Part shown: one piece after another, positions 54,124 through 64,000 of the stretch
Position numbering within the stretch: the first letter of the stretch is position 1
Layout: each line of letters starts with the position of its first letter
Program-made: the position numbers and the translations under genes
The notes under the pieces: generated by a model
Databases searched by the model: none
Told to the model about the DNA's origin: nothing
What the model saw: only the letters and a program-made list of their open reading frames with translations
Source: Octopus sinensis
Taxonomy: Eukaryota
Assembly (NCBI RefSeq): GCF_006345805.1
Contig: NC_042997.1
Span: 105,214,001-105,278,000 of the forward strand
Reading direction: 5' to 3'
Length of the DNA: 64,000 nucleotides

Positions 54124-54519
54124 AATTCGATAATTTATAAATTAGGAAATGCTATGAACCTACCATCGGGAATGACAGAAGATAGTCAGCACATCCAAAT
54201 CTATATAGACGAAAGAATTCGTATTTTTCTTCCAAGATTACCATGTGCATCACAAGATAGTACCGCAGAAAGAGAACTGCAGTTTATTATACGGGGAGTG
54301 AAAAATTCATTACAAATATAAGGGTAAATAATTATTAATTTAAAATTAATAAATTTTACCAGGTAGTTTCGGTATGTGAAGAGAACCATTATCAGTAGGA
54401 ACTTTTGCAAAAAAGTATTTTTATATATAAATATAATTCAGGGTTTTGCTTAAGCACATACCGAAAATTTAGAAATAGCAGCCAAAGACAGCTTTTTCCT
54501 TTTAACTACAGATATTACT

Positions 54520-54850
54520 CCATATGGAATACACGTTTCCACACTTTCTATTTGCAATGACAAAATATGAACCCCTATCGGAATTTATATACCACGGACA
54601 AGAAGCATTTCTACCACTTCTACACACCACTTTCCTTGAATAATGGAACTGCTATAACATCCTACATATATTATTATTTTTACTTTTATTCTCTTATTTT
54701 TCCTTTATACTTCTTATTTCCATCCTTATATTGGATCCTACTATTTCTTTCTATTGAACCATCTGACATCGTCTCTGATGAAAGGATATCCTTAATAACG
54801 CAGAAACAGCCGTAAGACTAACTTTGTCTTTATAAATGTCCTTAAAATTC
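54520..54850 (+). mobile_element. Probable Penelope-like element 3' end (decayed endonuclease C-terminus, UTR and hammerhead)
   Basis: Frame WNTRFHTFYLQ*QNMNPYRNLYTTDKKHFYHFYTPLSLNN loosely resembles the EKHFI..F.P.LN ending of PLE GIY-YIG domains (from recall). It is followed by a pyrimidine-rich UTR and the HHR at 54771. Confidence 0.4.
54771..54818 (+). ncRNA. Decayed type I hammerhead motif
   Basis: gtct CTGATGA aaggatatccttaataacgca GAAAC agcc GT A agac. Helix I gtct/agac, helix III AC/GU, GUA triplet. Helix II does not close properly. Confidence 0.5.
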
Positions 54851-55289
54851 CACACAGCCTGGGCATTGTTGTCTCAAATTATTTAATACATACACACACA
54901 ATCATACAAACACACACATACACACATACATATACACGCACTTTCTTATTACTAAACTGCAAAACACACAAAAATATCACAAAAGCTGGCCACTCAGAAA
55001 AACACGTTCCCGTTTGTCGGACAGTTCAGACTAATAATGGAAGAAAATAAAGTTTGTGTTTATAAAATATACAATTTACATTGACAAATACACATTTGAA
55101 ATTGGTTTCTATTTATTCTTTCTACTAACGGGGTTTTTTTTTTTTTTTTTTTTTTTTTTTTCAGCAGTCCATCATTTTACTAAGCCCTGCAGATACCTTA
55201 AAGCTAGGAGCTTTTCAAGCACCCCACTCGTATATATATATGTGTGTCTGTGTGTGGGCATATATATATATATACATATATATATATAT

Positions 55290-55366
<77 letters not shown>

Positions 55367-55499
55367 ATATACCCGAAAACTCCCTTCCCTTCTTTCCTGA
55401 GCGTCAAATAATACTTTAGTTTGTTCATGTCCTCGGTTGCGTTGTTGTTTTTTTCTGTGTTTTCTTGTTTGGATAACTTTATATATATATATAATATAT

Positions 55500-55800
55500 A
55501 TTCTTTTATTATTTTATTCTTTTACTTATTTCAGTCGTTTGACTGTGGCCATGCTGGAGCACCACCTTGATGTGCTTTTCTCGAACCATTCAATCACAGG
55601 ATTTAGTTTTAAAGCCTAGTACTAATTCTGTCGGTCACTTTGCGGAACCTCTAGATTAAGGGCTCTAAACATACCAACACCGGTTTTCAAGCAATGATGG
55701 GGGCGACAAACGCAGAGGCAAAGATACACATACATAGACATATACATATATATATATGTATATATATATATATATGTATATATATGTGTATGTATATATC

Positions 55801-55838
<38 letters not shown>

Positions 55839-56175
55839 ATATAATGTATAATATATATTGTATTATATTATAATATATATATTGTATGTCTGTAGTATGT
55901 ATGTATGTATGTATATACATACGATTGGCTTCTTTCAGTTTCTATCTACCAAATGCACTCACAAGGCCCGTGACTCTAATAGAAGACATCTGCCGGAGTT
56001 AAGAGCTTCGAGGCATTTTCATCGGTTATTTGGACGGGCTTCTTTCAATTTTCGTCTACCAAATCCACACACAAGGCTTTGGTCAGTCCTAAGCTATAGT
56101 AGCCCAAGGTGCTACGCAGTGTGACTGAACCCGGATCCACGAGGATGAGAAGTAAACTTCTTACCACACAGCCGA
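55500..56175 (-). mobile_element. SINE family A with a duplicated, composite head region
   Basis: Tail at 55500-55730, microsatellite, then two head halves separated by a ~40-nt insert (taagagcttcgaggcattttcatcgg). Confidence 0.8.
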
Positions 56176-57009
56176 CGTCATAAGAATGTTGAAAAATCTT
56201 CTTTTCGAACAGTGGATCTCGAAGCAAAGAAATCTATCAATAACTAAATAGTTACACGTTATCATGTATAGCTCAGTCTCTTTTGAGACCTACTGTTCCA
56301 AAAGTAAGACGCTTATAAATGTGTGTGTATATGTGTGTGTATGTGTCTTTATGTATGTGTGCGTAAGTGGTATGTGTGTGTGCGTGTGTGTATGTGAGTG
56401 TGAGTGCGCTTGTATGTGTACGTGCTGGTGTGTGTGTATGTGTGTGTAAAGTGATTGATCTCCGGTATTCGGCAATGAGGATTCACTTAGTTTACACCTG
56501 CTCATAAATCAACGAGATCGAGCCTTTCCATAAATACATGTAAATGTAGCCTAAATTTCAAGGATATACAATTTGAGGATTTTGTTAAGTTCCTAAAAAT
56601 CATTTAAATGTTTTACAAATTTCCGCAATATTATATTGCAAGTATGTGGCCCCAATACAATTTTGCATGTTAATGGCGAAAATCGTATAAAATTTTGTTT
56701 TAAATTAATATTTAGTCGTGAATATTTAAAATTATATAATTCTACTCAGTCGAAGCTTCGATGGCTGAATATACCGAAAGTAATTTTTTTGAAGTAAAAT
56801 TTATTTGCCAACATAATGCGGCAGTCCTAGTTTGGGGTGAATGTTACTGTTATTTAGCGCCAGAAAACATCGTCTCCATCTGGCTTACTTTTTCTAGTAA
56901 TTGTTTTGCTCCATGGGAACAGTAGATACGAAAACTTTTACGTGGTTTCTAAACCTGTTATGAATCTATGGGCCCTTTTGATAACCATTTCCTTCTGGTG
57001 GGCCCCCAT

Positions 57010-57292
57010 AGCCATACATTTATGGGCTTCTTTTAGTTTCTGTCTACCAAATCCACTCAAAAGGCCCGTCACTATGTTAGAAGACACCTGCCAGAGCTAA
57101 GAGCTTCGAGGCATTTTCATCGGCTATTTGGACGGGCTTCTTTCAGTTTCCATCTACCAAATCCACTCACAAGAATTTGGTCGGCCCGAAGCTATAGTAG
57201 AAGACACTTTCCCAAGGTGCCACGCAGTAGGACAGAACCTGGAACCATGTGGTTGGGAAGCAAGCTTCTTACCACACAACTACTCCTGCGCC
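57010..57292 (-). mobile_element. SINE family A composite head, same junction as 55920-56175
   Basis: Shares the aaggcccg truncation and the taagagcttcgaggcattttcatcgg insert. Confidence 0.8.
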
Positions 57293-57835
57293 TTATAGAA
57301 AAGCGCTTTAGAAACGTGAGTTTCTGAGTTTCAAGTTTTACATTCAGTGCACCTCCTCTTCAACATTTTTCGATTCACTATCATCAGCATTAGATACCCT
57401 TCTTACAAACTCCAACACTTACTGTAATCAAGTCTATTTTCCTCTAATATGAAGAAAAACAAGGATGTAAGCAAAACATCTTAAGTTCAGTGAAGAATGC
57501 GTTGACAGCTGCCGGTAAAGAACGTGCCATATGTCCTGCTTTTAACACTAGGCGAGTGGCGCCAATAAAACCAATCTTTCTTTTTTTTTTCTCTTTTTGT
57601 TATCTGGCCTGTTGACCAAAATTTGACCAAATGATATATTTAGCTTCCTCAATTCGCTAGATTTGTATGTACATTAAGCAAGGCACGGTAGTAGGTTTTC
57701 GAATGAATGTTAATTCCTCCCCAGAAACCTTTAAGTGGAAGCAAACACACACAAACAGACACATGCACACACACACACACTTGTATATATACACACGCAT
57801 GCACACAAAAACGTATACACGTATACACATCTACA

Positions 57836-57902
<67 letters not shown>

Positions 57903-58256
57903 TATATATATATGTATATACATACGTAGAGAACAAAAATTAAAGCAGACTCACTAACTTCTAGCATACACAAAGTACACACACTCACACAGATTATGCG
58001 TGAGTAATTGTGTGTATGTATGTGTATGTGTGTGTTTGTTTACGTGTAACTTCTGTAAAATATATATTTACAAACATTCTTATATACACATGAACCCCAA
58101 AAAGTTGATAGTGGTACATTCGCTTCTCATCCCTCACATATATAATTTCATATACACACAAATATATAAGGCGTGTGCATTGTATTATATTTGTAGCATG
58201 TATGTGTATGCTTGTGTATGCATGTATACACATTCTTCTGTATGCGTGTCTGTATG

Positions 58257-58292
<36 letters not shown>

Positions 58293-58296
58293 TATA

Positions 58297-59566
58297 TGGC
58301 CGTGACTGCTGAGGACATGCGTAAGCTCGCGAGAAATGAAGCTAGTATGCTCCGTTGGATGTGTAATGTCAGTGTTCATAGTCGACAGAGTGTAAGTACC
58401 TTGAGAGAAAAGTTGGACCTAGAGGAATCAGATGTTGTGTGCAAGAGAGACGATTGCGCTGGTATGGTCATGTGTGGTGAGAATGGATGAAGATAGGTGT
58501 GTGAAAAAGTGCCACACCCTGGCAGTTGAGGGACCTGTGGAAGAGGTAGACCCAGGAAAACCTGGGTCGAGGTGGTGAAGCACGACCTTCGAACTCTAGG
58601 TCTCACCAAGGAAATGACCAGAGACGAGACCTATGGAGTATGCTGTGCGTGAGAAGACCCAGCAAGACCAGTGAGAACAATCAAAATCAAATCATATATC
58701 AGAAAGCAGGGGTTAAGTGACCCATCTGTTCGTGTCCGCTGTCAGCCTCGTCTGGCACCCGTGCCGGTGATAGTAAAAGCACCATTCGCTCATGGCCGTT
58801 TGCCAGCTCTGTCTGGCCCCGTGTCGGTGGCACGTAAAAGCACCAACCGTTCGTGTTCGTTGCCAGCCTCGCCTGGCCCCGTGCCGGTGACACGTAAAAG
58901 CGCCGTCCGTTCGTGGCCGTGGCCAGCTCTGTCTGGCCCCGTGTCGGTGGCACGTAAAAGCACCATCCGTTCGTGGCCATTTGCCAGCTCTGTCTGGCCC
59001 CGTGTCGGTGCACGTAAAAGCACCATCCGTCCGTGTCCGTTGCCAGCCTCGGCTGGCCCCCGTGCCGGTGACACGTAAAAGCACCGTCCGCTCGTGGCCG
59101 TTTGCCAGCTCTGTCTGGCAACCGTGTCGGTGGCACGTAAAAGCACCATCTGTTCGCGTCCGTTGCCAGCCTCGGCTGGCCCCCGTGCCGGTGACACGTA
59201 AAAGCACCGTCCGTTCGTGGCCGGTTGCCAGCTCTGTCTGGCCCCGTGTCGGTGGCACGTAAAAGCACCATCCGTTCGTGTCCGTTGCCAGCATCGCCTG
59301 GCCCCGAGCCGGTGACACGTAAAAGCACCATCCGTTCGTGGCCGTTCACCAGCTCTGTCTGGCACCTGTGCAGGTGGCACGTAAAAAAACACCCTACACT
59401 CGCGGAGTGGTTGGCGTTAGGAAGGGCATCCAGCCGTAGAAACACTGCCAGATCTGACTGGGCCTGACGAAGCCTTCCAGCTTCACAGACCCCAGTTGAC
59501 CCGTCCAACCCATGCTAGCATGGAAAACGGACGCTAAACGATGATGATGATGATGATGATGATGAT
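58297..59566 (+). mobile_element. RTE-clade LINE 3' end (ORF C-terminus, 3' UTR, (GAT)n tail)
   Basis: WAVTAEDMRKLARNEASMLRWMCNV..RRLRWYGHV..RMDEDRCVKK..GRGRPRKTWVEVVKHDL with frameshifts. UTR motif ggcgttaggaagggcatccagccgtagaaac and tail aaacg(atg)n. Confidence 0.9.
58725..59390 (+). repeat. GC-rich ~60/61-nt minisatellite (two alternating variants, ~11 units) inside the RTE 3' UTR
   Basis: Units ..gccagcctcgcctggccccgtgccggtgacacgtaaaagcacc.. (A) and ..gccagctctgtctggccccgtgtcggtggcacgtaaaagcacc.. (B). Confidence 0.93.
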
Positions 59567-59585
59567 ATGTATATATATATATATA

Positions 59586-59616
<31 letters not shown>

Positions 59617-60314
59617 GTGTATGTATGTATGTATGTGTGTGTGTATGTATGTATGTGTGCATGTATTTATGTATGCATGTATGTGTGTATGTATGTATGT
59701 AAGTATGTATGTATGTGTGTGTGTATGTATGTATGTACGTGTAAGTATGTCTGTATGTATGTATGTATTTACATTTGACTATATCTATGTACATACATGC
59801 AGTATGTTTATTTGTATCTATCTGAGTATGGATGTTTACAAGTGCTTGTATGTGTTGATACAGAATGCCACGCTTCGCAGCTACTGAATGACTCGCCCGA
59901 CCAGACCATGTGATAATTTCCTTCCTTCCTCTGTCACTATCTCATCGTGCTGTGCGTACGTCACGTTCCTCGATGGCCCCCGCCTTGCCATATTTGTTCG
60001 ACGGCCGAATAGCAAACATAACTGACCATTAAGGCGATAGCATTGTCACCGGGTATGTTTATACTTCCGGGAACCTTATACATTTAGCGTGTTTATCAAC
60101 ACACTTGTCTACCCACATAATTCCTTAAAGTGTCTAACAAATTCTGTATTCATTACAGATGGACATACTTATCTTACATACCGACACATACCATCTGCGC
60201 GTCCGTCACACGCACACGCACATCAATGTATGTATGTATGCATGTATGTATACATATTTATGTATATACATACACACACACACACGCATATATATACATA
60301 CACAGATATATAGT

Positions 60315-60346
<32 letters not shown>

Positions 60347-60905
60347 TGTATGTATGTATGTTTGTATGTATGTATCTATGTATGTATGTAATATGTATGT
60401 ATGTATGTACGTATGTATGTACTATGTTTGCATGTATGTATACATATTTATATATATGCATACACACACACGCACATATATACATACACAGATACATAGT
60501 TATATATACATTAATATGTACATACGTATATTCATGTATGTGTGTATATATGCACACACACACACATATATGAGTAATGTTTGTTGCCACTTCAACATGG
60601 CTGTTCCGTATGAAACTCTACATTACCACCATTTTCTTAACCCTAGGAGGAATCTCCAGTTGGTTAACGACACAACCTATATTGTGAGCATGGGAGCGAA
60701 CCCCTACTATCTAGCAGTGACAAGACTAGAAGACATGTCTGGTTTCAGGGTATATTCTCTGTCAGTACTGGATACGTCTCTACTAGATATGGCAGTCGTT
60801 CGTCCTCGGTCGCAATATACAGAGAAATAAGCGATATTCAGCCGCTGATTTTGCAACAAGCAAAGTAGCTAGTTCTAAAGTCTCTATAAGAGTTGTAAGT
60901 TGTAA

Positions 60906-61330
60906 CAGCGCTGGATTAACCATTAAGCAAAATAATCACGTGCATAGGACATCAAGCGAAGGAGGAGGCACCACAGAAAAGGCAAATGGTTTACGGTACA
61001 ACAGAAATCACATTAAACTTGCAAAATAATCTACGAGATGCATTTATCTCTACTAAGTATAGATGCAGAGTTGTTACCTAAGATTAATTTTGAGGATCTG
61101 ATCAAAGACTTAGCTATTCAAAACTGTAGGAGGAAACTTTTCAAATATAAATAAAGTGGAATTATACAGAAGTAAACATTATTTTCCCACTTACAGGTTT
61201 GTTTCGGTTTGAAAAATAAAATTTTATTTCGTGGTTTGTTATTGTTTATATTTTGAATTACATAATCTTTTATGGCGGCACTAAAATCTTTTAAATGCTT
61301 AGGGCCTCGATGGGTTTTAGTCCGGCCCTG
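60906..61330. mobile_element. hAT-type MITE, 425 nt
   Basis: TIRs cagcgctggattaa and cagggccggactaa (reverse complement) match at 11/14. 8-bp TSD agttgtaa (60898-60905) / agtagtaa (61331-61338) matches at 7/8. Confidence 0.8.
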
Positions 61331-61640
61331 AGTAGTAACTATACTGAAAAGCACTCTCTATAGCGATCGATGAATGCATGCATTTCGAAGTAATTATGTC
61401 TTCTCCAGCATCATTATTTTGTGTGTGCGTGTGTGTGTGTGCCTTTTTTTTTTGTTGTTTTTTTTTGCACAATGTATTATATTTTGGGAACAGTAGTCTC
61501 GAAATTTACAGTTTCCTAGTTTCGTATATGTCTTTGTTGTCCCTGAACTAACAAAAATAAGTTTGGAGAATTTAAATCTTAGTAAATTTTCGTATGTCTT
61601 CAAAGTTGATGGAAGACTTTCTCTAACGTACCCATTAATT

Positions 61641-62310
61641 AATTGCTAAAATTGCCAAGAAGGCTGAGGGTGTCTTGGCATCACTTACCAAGTCCTTTGT
61701 GAGCCGCTCTCCGGCTATCTATCTGCGGCTTTATATAGCTATGGTGTGACCTCACCTGGAATTTGCATCACCAGTCTGGAACCCCAGGATATCAATCATC
61801 TGGAAACCGTTCGGCGACGTGCAACCAAGGGAACACCCTCCATCAGACATTTGCCATATTCTGAACGCCTTACTTTCCTGGGCATGGATACATTGAAACA
61901 CCGACGTCTGGCAACTGATTTGGTAGACACCCATAAAATTATTAACTATATTAGAATCAATAACTGAGCACCTTTTCAAACTCCACCTGTCTAACACCCG
62001 TGGACATGTTTACAAAGTCAGAAAACAGCACAACTCCCATGACTTTCGGAAACATTTTTTCACGCTAAGAGTTGCTGGAGTATGGAACAAACTGCCGGCA
62101 TCAGTTGTTAGTTGTCGGAGCGCTGCATCCTTCAAAACTATGCTTCCTGAGATTTGCCAACACTACACCTGATTTTCTCCCCTCCATACACACGCAAGCA
62201 TGCATCTGACTCATACACAGACATTTATACATTACTGCATATGCTTTATACGCACTTTTGACAAGTTGTGGTGCACCTGAGAACTGTATACAATAATTGC
62301 ATTATCTATT
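61641..62310 (+). mobile_element. CR1-type LINE 3' end (ORF2 C-terminus, UTR, (ATT)n tail)
   Basis: YLRLYIAMV*PHLEFASPVWNP..DINHLETVRRRATK..YSERL..LGMDTLKHRRLATDL..NTRGHVYKV..RKHFFTLRVAGVWNKLP. Confidence 0.9.
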
Positions 62311-62369
62311 ATTATTATTATTTATTATTATTATTTTATTATTATTATTATTATTATTTATTATTATTA

Positions 62370-62400
<31 letters not shown>

Positions 62401-62424
62401 TTATTATTATTATTATTATTATTA

Positions 62425-62513
<89 letters not shown>

Positions 62514-63639
62514 TAATAATAATATAGAAATGTTCTTTCTAAAATGTTTGAAATGATTTGTTCTATGGGGTTGGGAAGCATTTACTATACCTGTATCCAA
62601 ACTTTGTTTTAATCGCTGGCATCCGTATTCACTTTCTTGAAGAAACATGTCCGTTATCTACCCCCCTCATATTCATAAAAGTACACATTTGGAAAAGAAA
62701 TATAAGTTTTCCATAAGTTTTCCACTTTCACTAAGAGAGGTATTTCTAAACTGTACAGATCTTGTTCTACACAGTTTGGTTTCAAAAGGAAATACTTTCC
62801 AGTTGTATTTTGTAACAATCATGATACAGAAGTAGTTGGTTCATTTAAACACAACTGAGGGGCATTGGCTTACATGATCCGAATAGAGTGCGAAGTGTAC
62901 AAAAGCCAGAAATAGTGGTAACGATGGTGATATTTTAGATGTCCATTCATTAAATCGGAAGTGTTAACAGCTATTTTATTTGATGTGCTATCTCAACTAA
63001 AGTGCTTGTCTTACAAAAGTCTGCTTAACAAATATTCTTTCCCATATACACTATTAGTCACGTCTTTTGAAGAATTCTTTAGTAGCCAAGCTATGGCATT
63101 TCCGCGCATTCATTGATATAATTTGATGATTCAAACGAAACATGCATTTTATTGATGTAGCAATCAATAATATTTGGCTGTAGTTTATTTTCTAATTTAA
63201 AGTTTATCATAGGTATAGCTGATATAATAGTGCCGCTTTTTGATGTCTTACCTTCCGAGATCTTACTCTCTTTTATAATTTGATTTTCCCGGAGGAAATA
63301 ATTGCAAGATCTGTTAATTAATCAAAGTTAAATCACGAATCTGGCAACAAAGCTGTTCTCTTTCATTGGCTGAAGATATATTCTGTTAATTTCTCTTCTG
63401 ACTCTGATTTAATGAAATACTTTTGTAGTGCTTTTAATTGAAATCATTTTCTCAATGAATTTTTTCTCTGTTCTGAAAGTGTTTCTGCATACATTGGGAG
63501 ATGGAATGAGCTGTATAACAGTTTCTGCATGATAGGTAACATCTTGTAACTGCTGAGTACACACGGCAATTACATTGTCAAATGTATCTGCATATCTCCC
63601 GATCAGTTTATCTATCTATCTATATATCTATCTATCTCT

Positions 63640-64000
63640 CTCTTTTTACTCTTTTTACTCTTTTACTTGTTTCAGTCATTTGACTGTGGTCATGCTGGAG
63701 CACCGCCTTTTAGTCGATCAAATCGACCCCAGGACTTATTCTTTGTAAGCTTAGTACTTATTCTATCGGTCTTTTTTGCCGAACCGCTAAGTTACGGGGA
63801 CGTAAACACACCAGCATCGGTTGTCAAGCGATGTTGGGAGGACAAACACAGACACACAAACACACACTCATATAAATATATACATATATACGACGGGCTT
63901 CTTTCAGTTTCCGTCTACCAAATCCACTCACAAGGCTTTGGTCGGCCCGAGACTATAGTAGAAGACACTTGCCCAAGGTACCACGCAGTGGGACTGAACC
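63640..64000 (-). mobile_element. SINE family A (young; head truncated by the window edge)
   Basis: Close match to the family A consensus features seen in other copies. Confidence 0.9.

Noticed and set aside
58725-59390. CRISPR-like array (also considered for the 477-nt array)
   Set aside because: No unique spacers, no cas genes, and eukaryotic context.
58671-59508. Longest ORFs in the track (135-269 aa, several frames and both strands)
   Set aside because: Produced by the GC-rich minisatellite in the RTE UTR. They overlap in multiple frames and are repetitive.
60578-60830. Non-repetitive ~80-codon tail of the 223-aa ORF
   Set aside because: The ORF's length comes from microsatellite. The tail has no recognisable motif.

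Overview
AT-rich, repeat-saturated eukaryotic DNA. The SINE families and the density of (AT)n/(GT)n/(ATAC)n/(AGAT)n/(ATT)n microsatellites suggest an octopus or other coleoid cephalopod genome (inference). I found no host protein-coding gene I can support. Nearly all ORFs in the track are microsatellite translations, so the window is probably intronic or intergenic. Identifiable content: many tRNA-derived SINEs of at least four families, two CR1-type LINE fragments, an RTE LINE 3' end with a minisatellite in its UTR, two Helitron helicase fragments (one with an intact 3' hairpin-CTAG terminus), a hAT MITE with an 8-bp TSD, probable Penelope-like (PLE) remnants, and a 100-N gap. The main hidden signal is a cluster of type I hammerhead ribozyme (HHR) motifs in several unrelated non-coding repeats. 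(i) A ~477-nt tandem array at 34.9-37.3 kb has one HHR per unit (5 copies) and resembles a non-LTR retrozyme. (ii) A diverged solo relative at 8.4 kb keeps the catalytic core and helix III while helices I and II are rewritten. (iii) A tRNA-headed SINE at 48.1-48.7 kb carries an HHR tail and occurs as an inverted pair. (iv) Two minimal PLE-type HHRs lie at 54.1 and 54.8 kb. Several of these loci share a head-to-head inverted architecture. Caveats: all motifs were folded by eye, activity is untested, and the 34-38 kb region has fold-back structure that may be partly an assembly artefact.
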